Assembly (NCBI GenBank): GCA_964035545.1
Contig: CAXIUT010000126.1
Location: 273,001-337,000 of the forward strand
Direction of reading: 5' to 3'
Length of the DNA stretch: 64,000 nucleotides
From: Bugula neritina
Lineage: Eukaryota > Animalia > Bryozoa
Part shown: one piece after another, positions 1 to 14,418 of the stretch
Numbering within the stretch: the stretch's first letter is position 1
Layout: each line of letters starts with the position of its first letter
Made by a program: the position numbers and the translations under genes
Notes under the pieces: generated by a model
Seen by the model: the letters and a program-made list of their open reading frames with translations, nothing else
What the model was told of the DNA's origin: nothing
Database searches by the model: none

Positions 1-3000
1 GTTTCAGTGTGTTGCAGTATATTTCATTTAGTTGCAGTGTATTTCAATTTGTTCCAGTGTATGTCAGTATAATGCAGTATGTTGCAGTGTGTTTCAGTAT
101 GTTACAGTGTATTTCAGTATGTTGCAGTATCTTGCAGTACATTTCAGTATGTTTTATTATGTAGCAGTGTATTTCAGTATGTTGCAATATATTTCAGTAT
201 GTTGCAGTATATTTCAGTGTGTTACTGTTTTTTCCAGTATGTTACAACACATTTCCGTATATTAAACTATATTTCAGCGAGTTACAGTATATTTCAATGT
301 GTTGCAGTGTATTGCAATATGTTACAGCGTATTTCGGTATGTTGCAGTGTGTTGCAGTGTAATTCAGTATATTACATTGTATTTCAGTGTGTTGCAGTTC
401 ATTTCAATATGTAGCAGGGTATTTCAGTATAGTGCAGTGTATTTCAGTATGCTACAGCATATTTCAGTATGTTGCAGTATATTGCAATGTGTCGCAGTAT
501 ATTTCAGTATGTTGCAGTACGTTGCAGTATGTTTCAATATGTTACGGTGTATTTCAGTATGTTGCAGTATTTTTCAATGTGTTAAAGTGTATTTCAGTAG
601 TTTACCATATATTTCGGTATGTTGCAGTATATTTCAATGTGTTGCAGTGTATTTCAATATGTTACAGCGTATTTCAGTATGGTGCAGTGTATTTCAGTAT
701 GCAGCAGGGTATTTCAGTATGTTGCAGTGCATTTCGGTATGCTACAGCATATTTCAGTATGTTGCAGTATATTGCAATGTGTCGCAGTATATTTCAGTAT
801 GTTGCTGTATATTTCAATGTGTTGCAGTATATTTCAGTATGTAGCAGTGTATTTCAGTATGTTGCAGTATATTTCAGTGAGTTGCAGTAAATTTCAGTGT
901 GCTACAACATATTTCAGTGTGTTACAGTATATTGCAATGTGTCGCAGTATATTTCAGTATGTTGCAGTATTGTTCAATGTGTTACAGTATATTTCAGTAG
1001 TTTACCATACATTTCAGGACGTCGCAGTATATTTCAATGTGTTGCAGTGTATTTCAATATGTTACAGTGTATTTCAGTATGTTGTAGTATTTTGCGGCGT
1101 ATTTCAGTATATTGCAGTATCTTGCAGTATATTTCAGCATGTTGCAGTTATTTTCAATGTGTTACAGTATGTTGCAGTATATTTCAATGTGTTGCAGTGT
1201 ATTTCAATATGTTCTTGTGTTTTGCAGTGTATTTCAGTTTGTTACAGTGTATTTCAGTATGTTGCAGTATGTTGCAGTATGTTTCAATATGTTACAGTGT
1301 ATTTCGGCATGTTGCAGTATATTTCAGTGAGTTGCAGTGTATTTCAGTGTGCTACAGCATATTTCAGTATGTTACAGTATATTGCAATGTGTCGCAGTAT
1401 ATTTCAGTATGTTGCAATATTTTTCAATGTGTTACAGTATATTTCATTAGTTTACCATATATTTCGGTGTGTTGCAGTATATTTCAATGTGTTGCAGTGT
1501 ATTTCAATATGTTGTAGTATGTTGCAGTGTATTTCAGTATGTTACAGTGTATTTCAGTATGTTGCAGTATATTTCAGTATGTTACAGTGTATTTCAGTAT
1601 GTTGCAGTATATTTCAGTGTGTTACAGTGTATTTCAGTATGTTGTAGTATATTTCAGTGTGTTACAGTATATTTCAGTATGTTGCAGTATTTTTCAATGT
1701 GTTGCAGTGTATTTCAATATGTTACAGCGTATTTCAGTATGTTGCAGTGTATTTCAGTATGTAGCAGGGTATTTCAGTATGTTGCAGTGCATTTCAGTAT
1801 GCTACAGCATATTTCAGTATGTTGCAGTATATTACAATGTGTCGCAGTATATTTCAGTATGTTACTGTATATTTCAATGTGTTACAGTATATTTCAGTAG
1901 TTTACCATACATTTCGGTACGTTGCAGTATATTTCAATGTGTTGCAGTGTATTTCAGTATTTTGCAGTATGTTTCAATGTGTTACAGTGTATTTCGGTAT
2001 ATTACCGTATATTTAAGTATGTCGCAGTATATTTCAGTATGTTGCCGTATGTTTCAGTGTGTTGCAGTATATTTCATTTAGTTGCAGTGTATTTCAATTT
2101 GTTCCAGTGTATGTCAGTATAATGCAGTATGTTGCAGTGTGTTTCAGTATGTTACAGTGTATTTCAGTATGTTGCAGTATCTTGCAGTACATTTCAGTAT
2201 GTTTTAGTATGTAGCAGTGTATTTCAGTATGTTGCAGTATATTTCAGTATGTTGCAGTATATTTCAGTGTGTTACTGTTTTTTCCAGTATGTTCCAACAC
2301 ATTTCCGTATATTAAACTATATTTCAGCGAGTTACAGTATATTTCAATGTGTTGCAGTGTATTGCAATATGTTACAGCGTATTTCGGTATGTTGCAGTGT
2401 GTTGCAGTGTAATTCAGTATATTACATTGTATTTCAGTGTGTTGCAGTTCATTTCAATATGTAGCAGGGTATTTCAGTATAGTGCAGTGTATTTCAGTAT
2501 GCCACAGCATATTTCAGTATGTTGCAGTATATTGCAATGTGTCGCAGTATATTTCAGTATGTTGCTGTATATTTCAATGTGTTACAGTATATTTCAGTAG
2601 TTTATCATACATTTCGGTACATTGCAGTATATTTCAATGTGTTGCAGTGTATTTCAATATGTTACAGTGTATTTCAGTTTGTTGTAGTATTTTGCCGCGT
2701 ATTTCAGTATGTTGCAGTATCTTGCAGTGTATTTCAGTATGTTGCAGTATTTTTCAATGTGTTACCGTATATTTCAGTATATTACCATATATTTAGGTAT
2801 GTTGCAGTATATTTCAATGTGTTGCAGTGTATTTCAATATGTTCTAGTAATTTGTGGTGTATTTCAGTATGTTACAGTGTATTTCAGTATGTTGCAGTAT
2901 GTTTCAATATGTTACAGTGTATTTCAGTATTTTGCAGTATATTTCAGTGAGTTGCAGTGTATTTCAGTGTGCTACAGCATATTTCAGTATGTTGCAGTAT

Positions 3001-6000
3001 ATTGCAATGTGTCGCAGTATGTTGTAGTATTTTTCAATGTGTTACAGTATATTTCAGTAGTTTACCATATATTTCGGTATGTTGCAGTATATTTCAATGT
3101 GTTGCAGTGTATATCAATATGTTACAGTGTATTTGAGCATGTTGTAGTATTTTGCAGTGTATTTCAGTATGTTACAGTGTATTTCAGTATGTTGCAGTAT
3201 GTTTCAATATGTTACAGTGTATTTCAGTATTTTGCAGTATATTTCAGTGAGTTGCAGTGTATTTCAGTGTGCTACAGCATATTTCAGTATGTTACAGTAT
3301 ATTGCAATGTGTCGCAGTGTATTTCAGTATGTTGCAATATATTTCAGTATGTTGCAGTATATTTCAGTGTGTTACTGTTTTTTCCAGTATGTTACAACAC
3401 ATTTCCGTATATTAAACTATATTTCAGCGAGTTACAGTATATTTCAATGTGTTGCAGTGTATTGCAATATGTTACAGCGTATTTCGGTATGTTGCAGTGT
3501 GTTGCAGTGTAATTCAGTATATTACATTGTATTTCAGTGTGTTGCAGTTCATTTCAATATGTAGCAGGGTATTTCAGTATAGTGCAGTGTATTTCAGTAT
3601 GCTACAGCATATTTCAGTATGTTGCAGTATATTGCAATGTGTCGCAGTATATTTCAGTATGTTGCAGTACGTTGCAGTATGTTTCAATATGTTACGGTGT
3701 ATTTCAGTATGTTGCAGTATTTTTCAATGTGTTAAAGTGTATTTCAGTAGTTTACCATATATTTCGGTATGTTGCAGTATATTTCAATGTGTTGCAGTGT
3801 ATTTCAATATGTTACAGCGTATTTCAGTATGGTGCAGTGTATTTCAGTATGCAGCAGGGTATTTCAGTATGTTGCAGTGCATTTCGGTATGCTACAGCAT
3901 ATTTCAGTATGTTGCAGTATATTGCAATGTGTCGCAGTATATTTCAATATGTTGCTGTATATTTCAATGTGTTGCAGTATATTTCAGTATGTAGCAGTGT
4001 ATTTCAGTATGTTGCAGTATATTTCAGTGAGTTGCAGTAAATTTCAGTGTGCTACAACATATTTCAGTGTGTTACAGTATATTGCAATGTGTCGCAGTAT
4101 ATTTCAGTATGTTGCAGTATTGTTCAATGTGTTACAGTATATTTCGGTAGTTTACCATACATTTCAGGACGTCGCAGTATATTTCAATGTGTTGCAGTGT
4201 ATTTCAATATGTTACAGTGTATTTCAGTATGTTGTAGTATTTTGCGGCGTATTTCAGTATGTTGCAGTATCTTGCAGTATATTTCAGCATGTTGCAGTTA
4301 TTTTCAATGTGTTACAGTATGTTGCAGTATATTTCAATGTGTTGCAGTGTATTTCAATATGTTCTTGTGTTTTGCAGTGTATTTCAGTTTGTTACAGTGT
4401 ATTTCAGTATGTTGCAGTATGTTGCAGTATGTTTCAATATGTTACAGTGTATTTCAGCATGTTGCAGAATTTTTCAATGTGTTGCAGTGTATTTCAATAT
4501 GTTACAGCGTATTTCAGTATGTTGCAGTGTATTTCAGTATGTAGCAGGGTATTTCAGTATGTTGCAGTGCATTTCAGTATGCTACAGCATATTTCAGTAT
4601 GTTGCAGTATATTACAATGTGTCGCAGTATATTTCAGTATGTTGCTGTATATTTCAATGTGTTACAGTATATTTCAGTAGTTTACCATACATTTCGGTAC
4701 GTTGCAGTATATTTCAATGTGTTGCAGTGTATTTCAATATGTTACAGTGTATTTCAGTATGTTGTAGTATTTTGCCGCGTATTTCAGTATGTTGCAGTAT
4801 CTTGCAGTGTATTTCAGTATGTTGCAGTATTTTTCAATGTGTTACCGTATATTTCAGTATATTACCATATATTTAGGTATGTTGCAGTATATTTCAATGT
4901 GTTGCAGTGTATTTCAATATGTTCTAGTAATTTGTGGTGTATTTCAGTATGTTACAGTGTATTTCAGTATGTTGCAATATGTTTCAATATGTTACAGTGT
5001 ATTTCAGTATTTTGCAGTATATTTCATTGAGTTGCAGTGTATTTCAGTGTGCTACAGCATATTTCAGTATGTTGCAAAATATTGCAATGTGTCGCAGTAT
5101 GTTGCAGTATTTTTCAATGTGTTACAGTATATTTCAGTAGTTTACCATATATTTCGGTATGTTGCAGTATATTTCAATGTGTTGCAGTGTATATCAATAT
5201 GTTACAGTGTATTTGAGCATGTTGTAGTATTTTGCAGTGTATTTCAGTATGTTACAGTGTATTTCAGTATGTTGCAGTATGTTTCAATATGTTACAGTGT
5301 ATTTCAGTGTTTTGCAGTATATTTCAGTGAGTTGCAGTGTATTTCAGTGTGCTACAGTATATTTCAGTATGTTACAGTATATTGCAATGTGTCGCAGTGT
5401 ATTTCAGTATGTTGCAGTATTTTTCAAGGTGTTACAGTATATTTCAGTAGTTTACCATATATTTCGGTATGTTGCAGTATATTTCAATGTGTTGCAGTGT
5501 ATATCAATATGTTACAGTGTATTTGAGCATGTTGTAGTATTTTGCAGTGTATTTCAGTGTGTTGCAGTGTATTTCAGTATTTTGCAGTATTTTTCAATGT
5601 GTTACAGTGTATTTCGGTATATTACCGTATATTTAGGTATGTCGCAGTATATTTCAGTATGTTGCCGTATGTTTCAGTGTGTTGCAGTATATTTCATTTA
5701 GTTGCAGTGTATTTCAATTTGTTCCAGTGTATGTCAGTATAATGCAGTATGTTGCAGTGTGTTTCAGTATGTTACACTGTATTTCAGTATGTTGCAGTAT
5801 CTTGCAGTACATTTCAGTATGTTTTAGTATGTAGCAGTGTATTTCAGTATGTTGCAGTATATTTCAGTATGTTGCAGTATATTTCAGTGTGTTACTGTTT
5901 TTTCCAGTATGTTACAACACATTTCCGTATATTAAACTATATTTCAGCGAGTTACAGTATATTTCAATGTGTTGCAGTGTATTGCAATATGTTACAGCGT

Positions 6001-9000
6001 ATTTCGGTATGTTGCAGTGTGTTGCAGTGTAATTCAGTATATTACATTGTATTTCAGTGTGTTGCAGTTCATTTCAATATGTAGCAGGGTATTTCAGTAT
6101 AGTGCAGTGTATTTCAGTATGCTACAGCATATTTCAGTATGTTGCAGTATATTGCAATGTGTCGCAGTATATTTCAGTATGTTGCAGTACGTTGCAGTAT
6201 GTTTCAATATGTTACGGTGTATTTCAGTATGTTGCAGTATATTTCGGTGAGTTGCAGTGTATTTCAGTGTGCTACAGCATATTTCAGTATGTTACAGTAT
6301 ATTGCAATCTGTCGCAGTATATTTCAGTTTGTTGCAGTGTTTTTCAATGTGTTACAGTATATTTCATTAGTTTACCATATATTTCGGTATGTTGCAGTAT
6401 ATTTCAATATGTTACAGTGTATTTCAGCATGTTGTAGTTTTTTGCAGAATATTTCAGTGTGTTGCAGTGTACTTCAGTATTTTGCAGTATTTTTCAATGT
6501 GTTACAGTATATTTCGGTATATTACCGTATATTTAGGTATGTTTCAGTATATTTCAATCTGTTGCAGTGTATTTCAATATGTTGTAGTATGTTGCAGTGT
6601 ATTTCAGTATGTTACAGTGTATTTCAGTATGTTGCAGTATATTTCAGTATGTTACAGTGTATTTCAGTATGTTGCAGTATATTTCAGTGTGTTACAGTGT
6701 ATTTCAGTATGTTGTAGTATATTTCAGTGTGTTACAGTATATTTCAGTATGTTGCAGTATTTCTCAATGTGTTAAAGTGTATTTCAGTAGTTTACCATAT
6801 ATTTCGGTATGTTGCAGTATATTTCAGTGTGTTGCAGTGTATTTCAATATGTTACAGCGTATTTCAGTATGTTGCAGTGTGTTTCAGTATGTAGCAGGGT
6901 ATTTCAGTATGTTGCAGTGCATTTCAGTATGCTACAGCATATTTCAGTATGTTGCAGTATATTGCAATGTGTCGCAGTATATTTCAGTATGTTGCTGTAT
7001 ATTTCAATGTGTTACAGTATATTTCAGTAGTTTACCATACACTTCGGTACGTTGCAGTATATTTCAATGTGTTGCAGTGTATTTCAATATGTTACAGTGT
7101 ATTTCTGTATGTTGTAGTATTTTGCCGCGTATTTCAGTATGTTGCAGTATCTTGCAGTGTATTTCAGTATGTTGCAGTATTTTTCAATGTGTTACCGTAT
7201 ATTTCAGTATATTACCATATATTTAGGTATGTTGCAGTATATTTCAATGTGTTGCAGTGTATTTCAATATGTTCTAGTAATTTGCAGTGTATTTCAGTAT
7301 GTTACAGTGTATTTCAGTATGTTGCAGTATGTTTCAATATGTTACAGTGTATTTCAGTATTTTGCAGTATATTTCAGTGAGTTGCAGTGTATTTCAGTGT
7401 GCTACAGCATATTTCAGTATGTTACAGTATATTGCAATGTGTCGCAGTGTATTTCAGTATGTTGCAGTATTTTTCAAGGTGTTACAGTATATTTCAGTAG
7501 TTTACCATATATTTCGGTATGTTGCAGTATATTTCAATGTGTTGCAGTGTATATCAATATGTTACAGTGTATTTGAGCATGTTGTAGTATTTTGCAGTGT
7601 ATTTCAGTGTGTTGCAGTGTATTTCAGTATTTTGCAGTATTTTTCAATGTGTTACAGTGTATTTCGGTATATTACCGTATATTTAAGTATGTCGCAGTAT
7701 ATTTCAGTATGTTGCCGTATGTTTCAGTGTGTTGCAGTATATTTCATTTAGTTGCAGTGTATTTCAATTTGTTCCAGTGTATGTCAGTATAATGCAGTAT
7801 GTTGCAGTGTGTTTCAGTATGTTACAGTGTATTTCAGTATGTTGCAGTATCTTGCAGTACATTTCAGTATGTTTTAGTATGTAGCAGTGTATTTCAGTAT
7901 GTTGCAGTATATTTCAGTATGTTGCAGTATATTTCAGTGTGTTACTGTTTTTTCCAGTATGTTACAACACATTTCCGTATATTAAACTATATTTCAGCGA
8001 GTTACAGTATATTTCAATGTGTTGCAGTGTATTGCAATATGTTACAGCGTATTTCGGTATGTTGCAGTGTGTTGCAGTGTAATTCAGTATATTACATTGT
8101 ATTTCAGTGTGTTGCAGTTCATTTCAATATGTAGCAGGGTATTTCAGTATAGTGCAGTGTATTTCAGTATGCCACAGCATATTTCAGTATGTTGCAGTAT
8201 ATTGCAATGTGTCGCAGTATATTTCAGTATGTTGCTGTATATTTCAATGTGTTGCAGTGTATATCAATATGTTACAGTGTATTTGAGCATGTTGTAGTAT
8301 TTTGCGGCGTATTTCAGTATGTTGCAGTATCTTGCAGTATATTTCAGCATGTTGCAGTTATTTTCAATGTGTTACAGTATGTTTCAGTATATTACCGTAT
8401 ATTTAGGTATGTTGCAGTATATTTCAATGTGTTGCAGTGTATTTCAATATGTTCTAGTGTTTTGCAGTGTATTTCAGTTTGTTACAGTGTATTTCAGTAT
8501 GTTGCAGTATGTTGCAGTATGTTTCCATATGTTACAGTGTATTTCAGCATGTTGCAGTATATTTCAGTGAGTTGCAGTGTATTTCAGTGTGCTACAGCAT
8601 ATTTCAGTATGTTACAGTATATTGCAATGTGTCGCAGTATATTTCAGTATGTTGCAGTATTTTTCAATGTGTTACAGTATATTTCATTAGTTTACCATAT
8701 ATTTCGGTGTGTTGCAGTATATTTCAATGTGTTGCAGTGTATTTCAATATGTTACAGTGTATTTCAGCATGTTGTAGTTTTTTGCAGAATATTTCAGTGT
8801 GTTGCAGTGTACTTTAGTATTTTGCAGTATTTTTCAATGTGTTACAGTATATTTCGGTATATTACCGTATATTTAGGTATGTTTCAGTATATTTCAATCT
8901 GTTGCAGTGTATTTCAATATGTTGTAGTATGTTGCAGTGTATTTCAGTATGTTACAGTGTATTTCAGTATGTTGCAGTATATTTCAGTATGTTACAGTGT

Positions 9001-12000
9001 ATTTCAGTATGTTGCAGTATATTTCAGTGTGTTACAGTGTATTTCAGTATGTTGTAGTATATTTCAGTGTGTTACAGTATATTTCAGTATGTTGCAGTAT
9101 TTTTCAATGTGTTGCAGTGTATTTCAATATGTTACAGCGTATTTCAGTATGTTGCAGTGTATTTCAGTATGTAGCAGGGTATTTCAGTATGTTGCAGTGC
9201 ATTTCAGTATGCTACAGCATATTTCAGTATGTTGCAGTATATTGCAATGTGTCGCAGTATATTTCAGTATGTTGCTGTATATTTCAATGTGTTACAGTAT
9301 ATTTCAGTAGTTTATCATACATTTCGGTACGTTGCAGTATATTTCAATGTGTTGCAGTGTATTTCAATATGTTACAGTGTATTTCAGTATGTTGTAGTAT
9401 TTTGCCGCGTATTTCAGTATGTTGCAGTATCTTGCAGTGTATTTCAGTATGTTGCAGTATTTTTCAATGTGTTACCGTATATTTCAGTATATTACCATAT
9501 ATTTAGGTATGTTGCAGTATATTTCAATGTGTTGCAGTGTATTTCAATATGTTCTAGTAATTTGTGGTGTATTTCAGTATGTTACAGTGTATTTCAGTAT
9601 GTTGCAGTATGTTTCAATATGTTACAGTGTATTTCAGTATTTTGCAGTATATTTCAGTGAGTTGCAGTGTATTTCAGTGTGCTACAGCATATTTCAGTAT
9701 GTTGCAGTATATTGCAATGTGTCGCAGTATGTTGCAGTATTTTTCAATGTGTTACAGTATATTTCAGTAGTTTACCATATATTTCGGTATGTTGCAGTAT
9801 ATTTCAATGTGTTGCAGTGTATATCAATATGTTACAGTGTATTTGAGCATGTTGTAGTATTTTGCAGTGTATTTCAGTATGTTACAGTGTATTTCAGTAT
9901 GTTGCAGTATGTTTCAATATGTTACAGTGTATTTCAGTATTTTGCAGTATATTTCAGTGAGTTGCAGTGTATTTCAGTGTGCTACAGCATATTTCAGTAT
10001 GTTACAGTATATTGCAATGTGTCGCAGTGTATTTCAGTATGTTGCAGTATTTTTCAAGGTGTTACAGTATATTTCAGTAGTTTACCATATATTTCGGTAT
10101 GTTGCAGTATATTTCAATGTGTTGCAGTGTATATCAATATGTTACAGTGTATTTGAGCATGTTGTAGTATTTTGCAGTGTATTTCAGTGTGTTGCAGTGT
10201 ATTTCAGTATTTTGCAGTATTTTTTAAATGTGTTACAGTGTATTTCGGTATATTACCGTATATTTAGGTATGTCGCAGTATATTTCAGTATGTTGCCGTA
10301 TGTTTCAGTGTGTTGCAGTATATTTCATTTAGTTGCAGTGTATTTCAATTTGTTCCAGTGTATGTCAGTATAATGCAGTATGTTGCAGTGTGTTTCAGTA
10401 TGTTACAGTGTATTTCAGTATGTTGCAGTATCTTGCAGTACATTTCAGTATGTTTTATTATGTAGCAGTGTATTTCAGTATGTTGCAATATATTTCAGTA
10501 TGTTGCAGTATATTTCAGTGTGTTACTGTTTTTTCCAGTATGTTACAACACATTTCCGTATATTAAACTATATTTCAGCGAGTTACAGTATATTTCAATG
10601 TGTTGCAGTGTATTGCAATATGTTACAGCGTATTTCGGTATGTTGCAGTGTGTTGCAGTGTAATTCAGTATATTACATTGTATTTCAGTGTGTTGCAGTT
10701 CATTTCAATATGTAGCAGGGTATTTCAGTATAGTGCAGTGTATTTCAGTATGCTACAGCATATTTCAGTATGTTGCAGTATATTGCAATGTGTCGCAGTA
10801 TATTTCAGTATGTTGCAGTACGTTGCAGTATGTTTCAATATGTTACGGTGTATTTCAGTATGTTGCAGTATTTTTCAATGTGTTAAAGTGTATTTCAGTA
10901 GTTTACCATATATTTCGGTATGTTGCAGTATATTTCAATGTGTTGCAGTGTATTTCAATATGTTACAGCGTATTTCAGTATGGTGCAGTGTATTTCAGTA
11001 TGCAGCAGGGTATTTCAGTATGTTGCAGTGCATTTCGGTATGCTACAGCATATTTCAGTATGTTGCAGTATATTGCAATGTGTCGCAGTATATTTCAGTA
11101 TGTTGCTGTATATTTCAATGTGTTGCAGTATATTTCAGTATGTAGCAGTGTATTTCAGTATGTTGCAGTATATTTCAGTGAGTTGCAGTAAATTTCAGTG
11201 TGCTACAACATATTTCAGTGTGTTACAGTATATTGCAATGTGTCGCAGTATATTTCAGTATGTTGCAGTATTGTTCAATGTGTTACAGTATATTTCAGTA
11301 GTTTACCATACATTTCAGGACGTCGCAGTATATTTCAATGTGTTGCAGTGTATTTCAATATGTTACAGTGTATTTCAGTATGTTGTAGTATTTTGCGGCG
11401 TATTTCAGTATGTTGCAGTATCTTGCAGCATATTTCAGCATGTTGCAGTTATTTTCAATATGTTACAGTATGTTGCAGTATATTTCAATGTGTTGCAGTG
11501 TATTTCAATATGTTCTTGTGTTTTGCAGTGTATTTCAGTTTGTTACAGTGTATTTCAGTATGTTGCAGTATGTTGCAGTATGTTTCAATATGTTTCAGTG
11601 TATTTCAGCATGTTGCAGTATATTTCAGTGAGTTGCAGTGTATTTCAGTGTGCTACAGCATATTTCAGTATGTTACAGTATATTGCAATGTGTCGCAGTA
11701 TATTTCAGTATGTTGCAATATTTTTCAATGTGTTACAGTATATTTCATTAGTTTACCATATATTTCGGTGTGTTGCAGTATATTTCAATGTGTTGCAGTG
11801 TATTTCAATATGTTGTAGTATGTTGCAGTGTATTTCAGTATGTTACAGTGTATTTCAGTATGTTGCAGTATATTTCAGTATGTTACAGTGTATTTCAGTA
11901 TGTTGCAGTATATTTCAGTGTGTTACAGTGTATTTCAGTATGTTGTAGTATATTTCAGTGTGTTACAGTATATTTCAGTATGTTGCAGTATTTTTCAATG

Positions 12001-14291
12001 TGTTGCAGTGTATTTCAATATGTTACAGCGTATTTCAGTATGTTGCAGTGTATTTCAGTATGTAGCAGGGTATTTCAGTATGTTGCAGTGCATTTCAGTA
12101 TGCTACAGCATATTTCAGTATGTTGCAGTATATTACAATGTGTCGCAGTATATTTCAGTATGTTACTGTATATTTCAATGTGTTACAGTATATTTCAGTA
12201 GTTTACCATACATTTCGGTACGTTGCAGTATATTTCAATGTGTTGCAGTGTATTTCAGTATTTTGCAGTATTTTTCAATGTGTTACAGTGTATTTCGGTA
12301 TATTACCGTATATTTAAGTATGTCGCAGTATATTTCAGTATGTTGCCGTATGTTTCAGTGTGTTGCAGTATATTTCATTTAGTTGCAGTGTATTTCAATT
12401 TGTTCCAGTGTATGTCAGTATAATGCAGTATGTTGCAGTGTGTTTCAGTATGTTACAGTGTATTTCAGTATGTTGCAGTATCTTGCAGTACATTTCAGTA
12501 TGTTTTAGTATGTAGCAGTGTATTTCAGTATGTTGCAGTATATTTCAGTATGTTGCAGTATATTTCAGTGTGTTACTGTTTTTTCCAGTATGTTACAACA
12601 CATTTCCGTATATTAAACTATATTTCAGCGAGTTACAGTATATTTCAATGTGTTGCAGTGTATTGCAATATGTTACAGCGTATTTCGGTATGTTGCAGTG
12701 TGTTGCAGTGTAATTCAGTATATTACATTGTATTTCAGTGTGTTGCAGTTCATTTCAATATGTAGCAGGGTATTTCAGTATAGTGCAGTGTATTTCAGTA
12801 TGCCACAGCATATTTCAGTATGTTGCAGTATATTGCAATGTGTCGCAGTATATTTCAGTATGTTGCTGTATATTTCAATGTGTTGCAGTGTATATCAATA
12901 TGTTACAGTGTATTTGAGCATGTTGTAGTATTTTGCGGCGTATTTCAGTATGTTGCAGTATCTTGCAGTATATTTCAGCATGTTGCAGTTATTTTCAATG
13001 TGTTACAGTATGTTTCAGTATATTACCGTATATTTAGGTATGTTGCAATATATTTCAATGTGTTGCAGTGTATTTCAATATGTTCTAGTGTTTTGCAGTG
13101 TATTTCAGTTTGTTACAGTGTATTTCAGTATGTTGCAGTATGTTGCAGTATGTTTCCATATGTTACAGTGTATTTCAGCATGTTGCAGTATATTTCAGTG
13201 AGTTGCAGTGTATTTCAGTGTGCTACAGCATATTTCAGTATGTTACAGTATATTGCAATGTGTCGCAGTATATTTCAGTATGTTGCAGTATTTTTCAATG
13301 TGTTACAGTATATTTCATTAGTTTACCATATATTTCGGTGTGTTGCAGTATATTTCAATGTGTTGCAGTGTATTTCAATATGTTACAGTGTATTTCAGCA
13401 TGTTGTAGTTTTTTGCAGAATATTTCAGTGTGTTGCAGTGTACTTTAGTATTTTGCAGTATTTTTCAATGTGTTACAGTATATTTCGGTACATTACCGTA
13501 TATTTAAGTATGTCGCAGTATATTTCAGTATGTTGCCGTATGTTTCAGTGTGTTGCAGTATATTTCATTTAGTTGCAGTGTATTTCAATTTGTTCCAGTG
13601 TATGTCAGTATAATGCAGTATGTTGCAGTGTGTTTCAGTATGTTACAGTGTATTTCAGTATGTTGCAGTATCTTGCAGTACATTTCAGTATGTTTTAGTA
13701 TGTAGCAGTGTATTTCAGTATGTTGCAGTATATTTCAGTATGTTGCAGTATATTTCAGTGTGTTACTGTTTTTTCCAGTATGTTACAACACATTTCCGTA
13801 TATTAAACTATATTTCAGCGAGTTACAGTATATTTCAATGTGTTGCAGTGTATTGCAATATGTTACAGCGTATTTCGGTATGTTGCAGTGTGTTGCAGTG
13901 TAATTCAGTATATTACATTGTATTTCAGTGTGTTGCAGTTCATTTCAATATGTAGCAGGGTATTTCAGTATAGTGCAGTGTATTTCAGTATGCCACAGCA
14001 TATTTCAGTATGTTGCAGTATATTGCAATGTGTCGCAGTATATTTCAGTATGTTGCTGTATATTTCAATGTGTTGCAGTGTATATCAATATGTTACAGTG
14101 TATTTGAGCATGTTGTAGTATTTTGCGGCGTATTTCAGTATGTTGCAGTATCTTGCAGTATATTTCAGCATGTTGCAGTTATTTTCAATGTGTTACAGTA
14201 TGTTTCAGTATGTATTTCAATATGTTCTAGTGTTTTGCAGTGTATTTCAGTTTGTTACAGTGTATTTCAATATGTTGCAGTATGTTGCAGT

Positions 14292-14297
14292 ATGTTT
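14292..14297 (+). other. Left target-site duplication ATGTTT (overlaps the tail motif)
   Basis: Identical to 14477-14482. The 185-bp spacing equals 179 bp insert + 6 bp TSD and agrees with the HOR offset arithmetic (5958-5821 = 185-48). Confidence 0.85.
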
Positions 14298-14318
14298 GTT
14301 TGTTTGTTTGTTTGGTTT
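14294..14318 (-). repeat. (AAAC)5 + 1 degenerate unit; 3' microsatellite tail of the retroelement
   Basis: The + strand reads (GTTT)5 G GTTT from 14294. The first unit lies inside the TSD. Confidence 0.9.
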
Positions 14319-14321
14319 ATT
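14316..14321 (-). promoter_or_regulatory. AATAAA polyadenylation-signal-like motif immediately before the tail
   Basis: TTTATT on + at 14316-14321; this position is typical of LINE 3' ends. Confidence 0.6.
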
Positions 14322-14379
14322 TCATCAAAGGTATTTAATAACACAAGGACATTAGAAAATGCCAAGGAGGCGATGATGA

Positions 14380-14418
14380 GGCCCATTGCGCTATAGCCTA
14401 GCTAGTCATGCGCGGGCC
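14380..14418 (-). other. 3'UTR stem-loop, putative RT-recognition hairpin
   Basis: Minus strand GGCCC-GCGC-ATGAC-TAGC-TAG-GCTA-TA-GCGC-AAT-GGGCC gives three nested helices (GGCCC/GGGCC, GCGC/GCGC, TAGC/GCTA). Confidence 0.7.
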
